Positions 29,577 to 39,230 of a stretch of 64,000 bases of DNA are shown here, in pieces (the stretch's first letter is position 1; every line of letters starts with the position of its first letter). Below the pieces are notes generated by a model. That model made no database searches, was not told where the DNA came from, and saw nothing but the letters and a program-made list of their open reading frames with translations. Location: positions 76,796 to 140,795 of the forward strand of contig CAVQBK010000007.1 in assembly GCA_963710755.1 (NCBI GenBank), in the 5' to 3' direction. This stretch comes from an uncultured bacterium. Lineage in GTDB: Bacteria; Oederibacteriota; JAAXVQ01; JAUVAV01. Made by a program: the position numbers and the translations under genes.

Positions 29577-31265
29577 ATGATGATCTTTAGATCTATTGTA
29601 ATCAACCTGGTGCTATTAACGCAATGCTTAATTGTCCCCATGGCAGGGCATGCGGTTGCCCGCACCCCCGGCGAAGAATTGATCGCCGTGCAATTGCACC
29701 GGTGGCTTGATACACCCGGAACAGGCGCGGGTATCCGGGTTGGCGGCGTGGCCCTGCATACCTTTGGTTTGATTAAAGCCATGTACATGAAACGCCACTA
29801 TCTGCCCTTGTGGAGTGCCAAGGAGCAGCTCAAACCGCAAGTTAACCAATTGATCGAGGTCATTAAATCCGTTGAAAATGAAGGCCTCAATCCTTTTGAC
29901 TATCATCTTTTTAAAATCGTGAAATTGTTAAATGAAATTACCCGGGAAAGTCAGGAACATTTTCAGCCCTTGAAAGTCGCAGCTTTGGATTTACTCTTAA
30001 GTGATGCTTTTTTAACCATCACCGCTGATTTGGCCTATGGCCGGGTCAGCCTGGATACCAATATTCGGGCTCCCTATCAGTTTGGGGAACATTACGATTT
30101 GATCACCATGCTGGAACAAGCTGTGAAAGAGGAAAAATTACAGGATGTCATTAAAACCCTGCGGCCACCCAATGAAGGGTTTACTAAAATGCGGGCTTAT
30201 TTGGCCAAGTACCGCCGGCTGGAAAAGGAAGAGGTCTGGCCGCCTCTGCTTAACCGGACACCTTTGCGACTGGGCATGGACAATCAGGTGGGTGTTAAAA
30301 GCCTGCGATACAAATTGCGCTTGCTCGGTGATTTGCAGGAGACCTCCACGGGTTCCGATATATTTGACAAGTCAGTGGAAGAAGCGGTCAAACGCTATCA
30401 GAGCCGCCATGGCTTGATGCTCACCGGCATTGTGGATGAACAAACCAAAGCCTGGTTAAATACCCCCTTGAAAGTATTGATTAAAACCATGGAAATCAAC
30501 ATGGAACGTTGGCGCTGGTTGCCTCGCGATCTGGGGGATCAATATCTGCTGATCAATATTCCTGATTTCACTTTAAAAGTCATTCATCATGGCAAGGTGG
30601 ATTTGGCTATGAAAGTGGTGGTGGGTAAGGAATACTCCAAAACCCCCATCTTTAGCGACCGGCTGCGCTATATCGTGATCAACCCCGATTGGACCATCCC
30701 TCCCAACCTGGTGATCAAGATGAAACTGCATAAAATTCGTCGCGACCCCAATTATTTAAAGTCTCATTCCATTGCCGTACTCAAAGGCTGGGGGGAGAAT
30801 ACTCGGGAAATTGATCCAGCCGCTGTGGATTGGAAAAAAGTGGGCATCAACGAGTTTTACGAAACTTACCGGTTGGTGCAGGCGCCGGGGGATAACAATC
30901 CCTTGGGCAAATTGAAATTCATGTTTCCCAATGAATATAATGTGTATCTTCACGGTACCAATCAACCGGAATTGTTCCGTAAGGAGACCAGGAGCTACAG
31001 TTCGGGCTGTATCCGCCTGTCCGAACCGGTCAAACTGGCAACTTATTGTCTGAAAAGCCAGACGGTATGGTCAAAGGAACGTATTGAGAGCGCCATCCAT
31101 TCAGGATACCAACAAAAAATAAAGTTGACTTATCCCTTACCGATCCATATTCTCTATTGGACTGCCTGGGTAGGAGAAGACGGGGTGTTGAATTTCCGGA
31201 CCGATATCTATAACCGCGATGAAGCGATCGCAAAGGCGTTTTACCAACCGGCACTTAATCAATAA
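29577..31265 (+). CDS. L,D-transpeptidase, YcbB/LdtD family
   Basis: PG-binding domain (AVKRYQSRHGL..TGIVD), NMERWRWLP, NIPDF, NPLGKLKFMFPN, YLHGT, SSGCIR. Confidence 0.95.
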   Translation: MMIFRSIVINLVLLTQCLIVPMAGHAVARTPGEELIAVQLHRWLDTPGTGAGIRVGGVALHTFGLIKAMYMKRHYLPLWSAKEQLKPQVNQLIEVIKSVENEGLNPFDYHLFKIVKLLNEITRESQEHFQPLKVAALDLLLSDAFLTITADLAYGRVSLDTNIRAPYQFGEHYDLITMLEQAVKEEKLQDVIKTLRPPNEGFTKMRAYLAKYRRLEKEEVWPPLLNRTPLRLGMDNQVGVKSLRYKLRLLGDLQETSTGSDIFDKSVEEAVKRYQSRHGLMLTGIVDEQTKAWLNTPLKVLIKTMEINMERWRWLPRDLGDQYLLINIPDFTLKVIHHGKVDLAMKVVVGKEYSKTPIFSDRLRYIVINPDWTIPPNLVIKMKLHKIRRDPNYLKSHSIAVLKGWGENTREIDPAAVDWKKVGINEFYETYRLVQAPGDNNPLGKLKFMFPNEYNVYLHGTNQPELFRKETRSYSSGCIRLSEPVKLATYCLKSQTVWSKERIESAIHSGYQQKIKLTYPLPIHILYWTAWVGEDGVLNFRTDIYNRDEAIAKAFYQPALNQ

Positions 31266-31299
31266 TTCTTTCCCGCAGATTTTAACCGAACGGTGAATT

Positions 31300-32304
31300 A
31301 TGAAGTTACATCACATCACAACTATTTTGATCGGTGCCCTTCTTTTGGCGGCTTGGGGGCCAGCTACTGTTAAAGCACGGGAGTCACTGGTGGCGGTGAA
31401 GGTTAATCATCACCGCCAGGCCATCCTAATGCCAATTCAGAGCCTGATGGTGTTTCCTGCCGATGTTATCACCGTGACCTTTAAAACTAAAGGCCTCCAG
31501 CTGGCTTCACAAGGGTCCTTACATGCTGAAGATTTGCCGGCCCCTGTCCCTAAACACTGGTCTTGGCGCGCGCCCCAAAAGCCCGGTGTATACACACTGG
31601 TACTGCGTCAATCGTCTTGGCAGCAACAACTCAATTTTGTTGTGCAAGTGCCTTACAACCAAATGAAACGGGTGGAGCTTAATGGTTACCGCATCGGTGG
31701 TTACCCTCAAAAAAGAAAAATCAAAAATGCTCTCTATCAACACCCGGAAGGATTCATTGAAGTCACTGCAGAGAATGAAACGGTAAACCTCAGTCCCCAC
31801 TTTCAGTTAAAACAATTTTTATGCAAGCAGCATGACGCTTATCCCAAATATATTACCATTAAGGAAGGGCTGCTGACCAAACTGGAGGCTCTGATCCGCC
31901 TGATTCATCAGCAGGGCATAAAATGCACTTCCCTGGTAGTCTTGAGTGGTTACCGGACACCCTATTACAACCAATTGCTGGGGAACGTTCCTTATAGCGC
32001 CCATTTATATGGCAAGGCGGCGGATATCTACATAGATGAAGATCACAACGGCCTCATGGATGACCTGAATCATGACGGCAGTCTGGATTATCGTGACGCT
32101 AAAATCCTTTACCAGTTGGTGGAACGACTGGAGAGAACGCCGATGGGGCGCAAGTTGAAGGGTGGTCTGGGACTTTATGGCCGCACCACAACTCATTCTC
32201 CTTTTGTACATATGGATATCCGGGGCTATCAGGCCCGCTGGGGGATAGACCGTCCGGTGGAACAAGCCCGGCGGAAATTTGGCTCCAACCGGAAAACCGA
32301 TTAA
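31300..32304 (+). CDS. Peptidase M15A (YcbK/MepK-like) with EF-hand-like insert
   Basis: SGYRTPYYN, SAHLYGKAAD, FVHMDIRG. DEDHNGLMDDLNHDG Ca-binding-like loops. Signal peptide. Confidence 0.88.
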   Translation: MKLHHITTILIGALLLAAWGPATVKARESLVAVKVNHHRQAILMPIQSLMVFPADVITVTFKTKGLQLASQGSLHAEDLPAPVPKHWSWRAPQKPGVYTLVLRQSSWQQQLNFVVQVPYNQMKRVELNGYRIGGYPQKRKIKNALYQHPEGFIEVTAENETVNLSPHFQLKQFLCKQHDAYPKYITIKEGLLTKLEALIRLIHQQGIKCTSLVVLSGYRTPYYNQLLGNVPYSAHLYGKAADIYIDEDHNGLMDDLNHDGSLDYRDAKILYQLVERLERTPMGRKLKGGLGLYGRTTTHSPFVHMDIRGYQARWGIDRPVEQARRKFGSNRKTD

Positions 32305-32314
32305 CTCAGAAAAC

Positions 32315-32520
32315 CTTTTTCGCATAGGCGGACATTGGGCAAGGAGGTGAGATCACTTTTTGGAACCAGCACGTTAAATAAAATTCGGCCTATGATTAGG
32401 AACAAGGTGAAAACCCTTGGCTGCCCGGCAACTGTGAGCAGGACGAAAACCGTGAATACCACTGGCCAACGCTGGGAAGGTACGGTGAGTAGAATGAATG
32501 CGAGCCAGGAAACAACATAA
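32315..32520 (+). promoter_or_regulatory. Cobalamin riboswitch
   Basis: AGGAACAAGGTGAAAACCCTTGGCTGCCCGGCAACTGT...CCACTG...GGGAAGG...GAGCCAGGAAAC (B12 box), directly upstream of btuB. Confidence 0.93.
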
Positions 32521-32544
32521 GGCCCAAATCTCCAGGGGGAATTT

Positions 32545-34650
32545 ATGCGTCAGTTTTTGGTTAAGTCCTTGTGCTTTAGTTTGTTTCTCGTTCCAATGAC
32601 CGTCTTCGGTGTTCAGGCGGACCAGCCGCAGCCGGTTTGGCCTGCCCAGAATGGGCTCTTGCAGCCTCTGCTCATGAATCCAGAACTTGCCGACCATCTT
32701 AAGCTCACACCCGAACCGTCCTCAAACTCAATGCCGCTTTCCGATCCTTTAGTGACCTCCGCAGCGACCATGGCCTTGCCTGTAACCGAAGCTGCCAGTT
32801 CGATAACGGTCCTTACTCGCCGGGATATTGAAGCCAACCGGGTTTTTTACCTGGACGATTTGCTGCGTCTGGTGCCGGGCTTGGATGTCATTTCCAGCGG
32901 CGGTCCCGGCAAATTAACATCCGTGTTTATACGAGGCGCTGCTTCGGAGCGCACCCTGATCATGGTGGATAATATTCCAATCAATGATCCCGCCAGTCCG
33001 GCACGTACGACCGACCTCTCCAAAATCGCCTTGGCCAATGTGGAACGCATTGAGATTGTGCGCGGCCCGCAAAGTCTGGCCTTTGGTGCCGGCGCTATGG
33101 GCGGGGTGATCAATATCATTACCCGCCGCGGTACGGCCTCCTGGTCCGGTGATCTGAGCGCAGCCGTGGGGCGTTATCAAACCTATCTGAGCCAGGTGAC
33201 CGCCCGGGGGCCACTGGGCCCGTGGCGACTGGCTGCAGCCGGTGCATGGCTTTACAGCGAGGGCTTCTCAGCTGCCAAACGTTCCCAGGAAGCGGATGAT
33301 GCGGCGCTCCATCCTTTGCCCGCTATGGATCAGGATGGAGCCAAGCTCCTGAATGTGGATTTGGATTTAAATGGGCCGCTGGCCCGGGGATTGACCCTGA
33401 CTTTGCAAAATCATTATCACCAAAGCCGCAATGAATTGGACAATGGCGCCGGTGATTGGGCTGATGATCCCAACGCCAGCGATGAGACCATAGCCCAGCT
33501 TCACCGCCTGGCCTTGGTGTATAAACCGGTTAAAACCTGGCGCCAGACCCTGAGTGTGGGGTTCAATCAGCTTGACCGCCATAACGACAATCCGGAAGAT
33601 CCCATGCATGTGGGTTCCGTATCCCGCAGCGCCTGGTGGGGACAGCATCTGGTGGTGGATTGGCGCCATCAATTGACCTTGGCCAGGAACAGCACATTGG
33701 TGATCGGTGTGGGCTATCAGCAGGAAAAAGCGCAAGGCCTGGAATATGTGGGCTATGATGATTGGGGAGGCGGTCATGTGACCATGGAAAACCAGTTTCC
33801 ATTGCGCTCGTCTCATCTGGTGAATGGCTATATTGAAGACCAGGTAATCACAGGGCCGTTCGTTACCCGAGTGGGGGTGCGCTATGACCAACACGATCAA
33901 TTCGGCGGCTTGCTTTCCTATCGTGCCAGTGAAACTTACCAGTTACCGGCCTTTCACAGCCGCCTAAGGGGAAGTTACGGTACGGCTTTTAATCCGCCCT
34001 CCCTTTATCAACTTTATGTGCAGGATGCCTACTCCCAAGGCAATGCGCACCTAAAACCGGAAGAATCCAAGGGATGGGAACTGGGCTACGAACAGGACTT
34101 GTGGGGCACTCTTTTAACCCTGTCTTTGGATTACTTTGTGACCCATTATGAAAATCAGATTGATGCACCCTTTGATCCGGCCAGTTTAAAATATGTTTAT
34201 CAAAATCTGGCCAAGGTGGCTATCCAAGGCGGGGAGATAGGTATGACCCTGCGCCTTCAACCAAAGTGGCAGCTGTCAGCCACTTATACCAAATTAACGG
34301 CCAATGATATTACCCGGGAAGCCTCGGTGGGCAAAGACCCGCTCATCCGTCGCGCTGACCATCAACTGGGCCTGGAGGCGGTTTATCATGGGGCTCCGTT
34401 AACCGTATCCGCTGAGCTCAAGTATATTGGCCCCCGTTGGGACAAGGTCTATGATCCTGCACTGGGTCAAGTGGCCCAAACCGCCTTGGCTCCGTACACC
34501 CTGATCAATGTGGCCATTAGTTATCGGATTTGGGACCGGGTCACGGGCTTTATTCGGCTCCACAATCTTTTGGATCAGGATTATGTGGATGTTTCGGGTT
34601 ATAATACCTCTCGTTTCAATCCCCAGCTTGGGGTCAGTATTAACCTGTAA
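32545..34650 (+). CDS. btuB: TonB-dependent cobalamin receptor
   Basis: Plug domain (LLRLVPGL, VFIRGA, ERIEIVRGPQS..FG..AMGGVINIIT), LKPEESKGWE, HNLLDQDY. Riboswitch context. Confidence 0.9.
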   Translation: MRQFLVKSLCFSLFLVPMTVFGVQADQPQPVWPAQNGLLQPLLMNPELADHLKLTPEPSSNSMPLSDPLVTSAATMALPVTEAASSITVLTRRDIEANRVFYLDDLLRLVPGLDVISSGGPGKLTSVFIRGAASERTLIMVDNIPINDPASPARTTDLSKIALANVERIEIVRGPQSLAFGAGAMGGVINIITRRGTASWSGDLSAAVGRYQTYLSQVTARGPLGPWRLAAAGAWLYSEGFSAAKRSQEADDAALHPLPAMDQDGAKLLNVDLDLNGPLARGLTLTLQNHYHQSRNELDNGAGDWADDPNASDETIAQLHRLALVYKPVKTWRQTLSVGFNQLDRHNDNPEDPMHVGSVSRSAWWGQHLVVDWRHQLTLARNSTLVIGVGYQQEKAQGLEYVGYDDWGGGHVTMENQFPLRSSHLVNGYIEDQVITGPFVTRVGVRYDQHDQFGGLLSYRASETYQLPAFHSRLRGSYGTAFNPPSLYQLYVQDAYSQGNAHLKPEESKGWELGYEQDLWGTLLTLSLDYFVTHYENQIDAPFDPASLKYVYQNLAKVAIQGGEIGMTLRLQPKWQLSATYTKLTANDITREASVGKDPLIRRADHQLGLEAVYHGAPLTVSAELKYIGPRWDKVYDPALGQVAQTALAPYTLINVAISYRIWDRVTGFIRLHNLLDQDYVDVSGYNTSRFNPQLGVSINL

Positions 34651-34814
34651 ACTAATTAGTTTTTGTTGTGGATCGATGGTGGTGCCTCCATAGGCGGTCG
34701 GCGGTTTGCAGGGCAAAACGCCTTAGAGAAAAAAATTTCGTTGAAGCGGTTTTTTCAATGTCACCCAAAGGAAGCACCAACACCGGGCAGCAATAGTTCT
34801 GGCTTCAAACTTAA

Positions 34815-34896
34815 GTCACCGCAGCATGATTTTAACCGGGTCCACCATAAAGCTTTGAACTATCTGGATTCGGGCTAAAAGTATGCCGGAATGACG
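34815..34896. repeat. Inverted doublet of CGTC/GTCA-type REP-like elements (REPIN-like)
   Basis: GTCACCGCAGCATGATTTTAACCGGGTCCA (34815-34844) is a degenerate reverse complement of TGGATTCGGGCTAAAAGTATGCCGGAATGAC (34865-34895). Confidence 0.62.
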
Positions 34897-34978
34897 ATAG
34901 GGTTTAATCTGCACGGCGTGAAAAGATGTTTCCACAACCAGAACTAATAAAAACGCCACGGCTTGGGAGGCGGCAAAA

Positions 34979-35902
34979 ATGCAACCACCATCACTCCTAA
35001 AAATAATCGCAGGGTTGACCGCGATTCTGGTACTGTGCGGATTCTTGCTGCCCCAGGCCGGTGCTCCTGGCAGTCTGCCGGTGCCGCTGCCCGTGGCCAA
35101 CGCCGACACTCCGCAGCGGCTGGTGTCCTTGGCGCCGGGGATCACGGAAATTCTCTTTGGCTTGGCCGCCGGTGACCTGGTTAAAGGAGTTACCAAGTAT
35201 TGTGCTTTTCCTAAAGCCGCCGGCCGTTTGCCCAAGGTGGGCGGTTATTATGATCTTAATTATGAAGCCGTGCTGGCGCTGAGACCGGATCTGGTCATTC
35301 TCTTGCCTGCCCAGCAGGAACAGCGTCTCCGGCTGCAACGCATGGGGCTTCATACTTATACGGTGGATTTGAACACCCTGAGCAGTATTATGAGTTCCGT
35401 GCTAATGCTCGGCCTGATTTGCCATCAGGAAAGCCAGGCTGCAATCATGATCCGGCAATTCGAGCAGAATATAATGGCCGCGGCTGTGCCGGCCGGCCGG
35501 AAGCGTTCCCGCGTCATGGTCGTGATTGACCGAGACTATGACCAGTCCGGTCTCCATGGGGTAACCATTGTGGGCCAAGGGGATTTCTATGGCGACCTGC
35601 TGAAATTGGCCGGCGGAGAAAATGTTTTTCGCCAGGATTATCCGCGATACCCGCAACTCTCCCTAGAAGGCATACGTGTCCTCAATCCGGACGTCATCAT
35701 TGAATTAATAGCTGAACCGGAAAAAATCAAACGGTCCCAGGCCCAACTGCTTCATGACTGGGCCGCTGTGCCCGGCCTCAAGGCTTATCAAAACGGTCAG
35801 ATCCATCTTTTAACCGGCGATTATACGGTTATTCCCGGCCCCAGGTTAATCCAGTTGTTCAACGATCTCAAGAAAGCCGTCCCTTCAGGAGCAAGCCGGT
35901 GA
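34979..35902 (+). CDS. btuF: Cobalamin ABC transporter substrate-binding protein
   Basis: RLVSLAPGITEILFGL, NYEAVLALRPDLVI, PGPRL. Confidence 0.88.
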   Translation: MQPPSLLKIIAGLTAILVLCGFLLPQAGAPGSLPVPLPVANADTPQRLVSLAPGITEILFGLAAGDLVKGVTKYCAFPKAAGRLPKVGGYYDLNYEAVLALRPDLVILLPAQQEQRLRLQRMGLHTYTVDLNTLSSIMSSVLMLGLICHQESQAAIMIRQFEQNIMAAAVPAGRKRSRVMVVIDRDYDQSGLHGVTIVGQGDFYGDLLKLAGGENVFRQDYPRYPQLSLEGIRVLNPDVIIELIAEPEKIKRSQAQLLHDWAAVPGLKAYQNGQIHLLTGDYTVIPGPRLIQLFNDLKKAVPSGASR

Positions 35903-36690
35903 ATTTGCTGACTATCAAGCATTATGGCTGTCAGGTGGATCAAAAATGGCTGCTTGATAGTATTAATCTGAGTGTGTCGCCGGGCGAACGTTTGGCCGTC
36001 ATCGGGCCCAATGGCGCCGGCAAATCCACGCTGCTCAAAAGTCTGATGGGACTGCTGCCTCACAGCCACGGTGACCTGCTGCTTAACGACCGGAGTTTAA
36101 AAACCTATACCCAAAAAGAACGGGCCCGTTGGCTGTCCTATGTACCTCAATACCTGTCGCATCAGGAGCTCTTTACAGTGCGCGAATTTATGCTCATGGG
36201 GCGATTTCCTCATTTGTCGGTATTTTCCAATATCACGGCCGAGGACCAGGAGGCTTTGCGGCGGGCCCTCAAATTGATTGCAATGACTGATCAAGCCCTT
36301 CGGCCCATGCACACCCTATCCGGCGGAGAACAGCAAAAGGTGTTGGTGGGTGCGGCACTGGTGCAGGAAGCGCCCATCATGCTGCTCGATGAACCGGCCA
36401 CCTTTCTTGATCCCCGAGAACAGGACAATCTTTACCAGTTGTTGCAGAATCTTCACCGTCGCCTGGGGCTGACCTTTTTGGAAGTCACCCATGATATTAA
36501 CCGGGCTTTGGCTCATGACCGGGTGGTGGCCTTGAAACAAGGCCGTTTGGTGTTTGACGGCACCCCTGCCGAGCTGGTGCATGAAGGCGTTTTGGCCGGC
36601 ATTTACCAAAAACCATTTGCTTTTTTCAACCATCCACGCACCGGCCAGACCTTGGTGTTGCCAGGAGGGTGGGAAGACCATGATGGGTAA
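35899..36690 (+). CDS. btuD: Cobalamin/iron-chelate ABC transporter ATPase
   Basis: GPNGAGKS, LSGGEQQ, LLDEP, THDIN. Confidence 0.9.
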   Translation: MNLLTIKHYGCQVDQKWLLDSINLSVSPGERLAVIGPNGAGKSTLLKSLMGLLPHSHGDLLLNDRSLKTYTQKERARWLSYVPQYLSHQELFTVREFMLMGRFPHLSVFSNITAEDQEALRRALKLIAMTDQALRPMHTLSGGEQQKVLVGAALVQEAPIMLLDEPATFLDPREQDNLYQLLQNLHRRLGLTFLEVTHDINRALAHDRVVALKQGRLVFDGTPAELVHEGVLAGIYQKPFAFFNHPRTGQTLVLPGGWEDHDG

Positions 36691-37654
36691 GCCAATAACC
36701 CTATGGATCCTATTGGGCTTGAGTCTGGTCCTGTTGGCACTGCTGCCTTTTGTGGGTATGGAGATGATCAACCCCTGGACTTTTCTAAGCAATCCCAACG
36801 TGGAGATGCAACAATTGTTTTGGCAATTGCGCTTACCTCGAATATTGGCGGGCATGCTGGCTGGCGCCGGGCTGGCCACAGCCGGCGTGACTTACCAGGC
36901 CATGTTTCAAAATCCTCTGGCCACGCCCTTTACCCTGGGGACCGCTTCCGGTGCCAGCCTGGGTGCCAGTATCTATATTTGGAGCGGGCTGAGCTTTGCC
37001 TTGCTGGGGATTCCGGGATTAATGCTCTTTGCCTTTTTGGGAGCCTTGCTGGCCATGGCCTTGGTTTATCTTATTGCCCGCCTTAAAGACGGATTGACCG
37101 GCATGACCATGCTCTTAGCCGGCGTTGCGCTCAGTATTACTTTTTCCAGTTTTATTCTCTTGTTTCAATATTTGTCCGATCAGGCCCATAGTCTGCGTAT
37201 CTTGCGCTGGTTAATGGGCGGGCTGGACGTGGTGGGTTATCAGCAGCTGCTGCAGACCGTTCCCTTTGTGATGCAAGGCTTGGTGGCCATGTTGATGATG
37301 ACCATGCCACTCAATCTTCTGGCCACCGGCCCGACCTTGGCTGCAGCCCGAGGCCTGGATGTGGGAAGAGTTAAGCTCATTATTCTGCTCACCACCGGCG
37401 TGATGGTGGGCGCCGTGGTTTCCGTGGCTGGTCCGGTGGGATTTCTGGGCTTGATGGTGCCTCACATCGGCCGCCGTTTGATCGGTCCTGATCACAGGCT
37501 GTTGCTGCCGGTCAGCCTAATCGGTGGAGCGGTACTGTTACCGGTCTGCGATACCATAGCCCGCGTGATTATTGCGCCCGCGGAATTGCCGGTGGGTATT
37601 GTGACAGCCCTTATTGGGGGGCCCTTTTTTATCTGGGTGTTGATCAGGAGGTGA
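36680..37654 (+). CDS. btuC: Cobalamin/iron-chelate ABC transporter permease (FecCD family)
   Basis: LRLPRIL, FQNPLATPFTLG, GFLGLMVPH, ELPVGIVTALIGGPFF. Confidence 0.92.
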   Translation: MMGKPITLWILLGLSLVLLALLPFVGMEMINPWTFLSNPNVEMQQLFWQLRLPRILAGMLAGAGLATAGVTYQAMFQNPLATPFTLGTASGASLGASIYIWSGLSFALLGIPGLMLFAFLGALLAMALVYLIARLKDGLTGMTMLLAGVALSITFSSFILLFQYLSDQAHSLRILRWLMGGLDVVGYQQLLQTVPFVMQGLVAMLMMTMPLNLLATGPTLAAARGLDVGRVKLIILLTTGVMVGAVVSVAGPVGFLGLMVPHIGRRLIGPDHRLLLPVSLIGGAVLLPVCDTIARVIIAPAELPVGIVTALIGGPFFIWVLIRR

Positions 37655-37656
37655 CC

Positions 37657-38193
37657 ATGGGAAAAAGCGCATGGACCAAAGCGCGTGGCGCGGTTCACAT
37701 CTACACCGGCGAGGGTAAAGGCAAAACCACCGCTGCCTTGGGTCTGGCTCTGCGGGCTGCCGGGGCAGGCTGGCAGGTATGCTTTGTTCAGTTTATGAAG
37801 GCCGGCCATTATGCGGAACATGCTTCTTTGGCCAAACTGAAGGCCATCACTGTACGGCAATTTGGCGGCAAAGGGTTTATCCGGCAGCAGCCCACAGCTC
37901 AAGACCGCCAAGAAGCCCAGCGTGCCTGGGAAACTGTCCGGCTGGCGAGCCAGAATCCTGATTATGGCCTAGTGGTGGCTGATGAAATCCTGGTGGCGCA
38001 GAGCATGGGCTTGCTCCAGGAAAAGCAAGTACTGGAGCTGATGACGCATAAATTAAAAAGTGTGGAGCTCGTGCTAACCGGACGGGGGGCCACTAAAAGG
38101 GAAATGGCTCGGGCCGATCTGGTAACAGAGATGAACGCATACAAACATTATCATACCCAGGGCAGGCCGGCTAAAAAAGGGGTGGAATTTTAA
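37657..38193 (+). CDS. cobO: Cob(I)alamin adenosyltransferase (CobO/BtuR)
   Basis: YTGEGKGKTTAALG, QFMK, ADEI, LVLTGR, ADLVTEM, GVEF. Confidence 0.95.
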   Translation: MGKSAWTKARGAVHIYTGEGKGKTTAALGLALRAAGAGWQVCFVQFMKAGHYAEHASLAKLKAITVRQFGGKGFIRQQPTAQDRQEAQRAWETVRLASQNPDYGLVVADEILVAQSMGLLQEKQVLELMTHKLKSVELVLTGRGATKREMARADLVTEMNAYKHYHTQGRPAKKGVEF

Positions 38194-38230
38194 GTTGTCT
38201 TTTTCCATGACCCGTCCGGGTTAGGGGAAT

Positions 38231-38542
38231 TTAATCAGCGTGGAAGATGCTGTAGACGGGCGGGCCCACCATAAACTCCTGAAACGGCAGCTGATGAAGT
38301 CTGAAGTGCTTTTGCATGGCTTGGTTGCATTCGGCCAGGCATTTGAGGTTGTCATATTCCGCATAAACCAGAATGGCTTGCTGATCCAGGTAGGGCAGAG
38401 ATGGATCATCCACCACCGGATTGACCGCGGCTGTTCGGCAGCCAGGCCGGGTGCGTTTAAAAGCCGCATAATCCCTGAACAGTTGGTAAGCTTCTTCCTT
38501 GATCTCCGATTTTAATTTGAAAATTGCCACTTCCCGAACCAT
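38231..38542 (-). CDS. Small dimeric alpha/beta-barrel (ABM/Dabb-like) protein
   Basis: AGGAGGAG RBS. Pattern VAIFKLK...RPGC...LVYAEYDNL. Confidence 0.65.
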   Translation of the reverse strand: MVREVAIFKLKSEIKEEAYQLFRDYAAFKRTRPGCRTAAVNPVVDDPSLPYLDQQAILVYAEYDNLKCLAECNQAMQKHFRLHQLPFQEFMVGPPVYSIFHAD

Positions 38543-38572
38543 GATCTCCTCCTGCTGTTTTTAACAGCTGCT

Positions 38573-38601
38573 ATCATATCCAAGGGTGTGTTCTTGGTCA
38601 A
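38573..38601 (-). promoter_or_regulatory. Putative sigma70 promoter
   Basis: Minus strand TTGACC-17nt-TATGAT about 30 nt upstream of the 38542 start. Confidence 0.6.
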
Positions 38602-38764
38602 GCGCATTGCGTGTTGCTGCTTCTATTAAAGCACCGCCAAGCGAGGTGGAAGCAGCGCGGAGGGCGCTAAATATTGACCGCCCCTGTCCGATGCTATAGT
38701 TAGGGTTTTCTGGGTGCCTTAGGTCAGCAGAAAGCTCATCTCGGGATGTCCCGGACGAAAACTA

Positions 38765-39202
38765 ATGAGATGTGGTGTGCTATTGAACCAGTCCGATGAA
38801 AGTCAACAACACCCCATGATGGGACCGCAAAAAACCTTGATTATTTGCCACAGTCCCAGGGAATATGATCCGATTGCAAGGGAATTCGGACACCATCCGG
38901 CCTATCGCGTGATTTGGGATACGGAAAATTTCACCCAAATCTTGCAGGAGGTGGATTTTTCCGAGGTGGTGCTTATGATTAAGGACAAGATTTGTGCCCG
39001 CCAGGTGGAATCCAAGCTGTGCCGGATCAAAAAACATCTTACCATTTTCGATGTCTCCCAGGAGGATCAGTTGCCGCCGGGGGTAAGGCGGGATTTTTTT
39101 AATGCCAATTATCAGTTTGTAATTGGGTGGTTACGCAATATTGGTCACTTGCGGGCCGTGAAAAGGGAAATCATTGATCAGATCATGCAGCGTGGATTTT
39201 AA
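38765..39202 (+). CDS. Hypothetical protein
   Basis: 145-aa ORF co-oriented with and 28 nt upstream of the anti-sigma fusion. No family recognised. Confidence 0.55.
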   Translation: MRCGVLLNQSDESQQHPMMGPQKTLIICHSPREYDPIAREFGHHPAYRVIWDTENFTQILQEVDFSEVVLMIKDKICARQVESKLCRIKKHLTIFDVSQEDQLPPGVRRDFFNANYQFVIGWLRNIGHLRAVKREIIDQIMQRGF

Positions 39203-39230
39203 GCAATAATGATTAACCATTGAGGGTATC

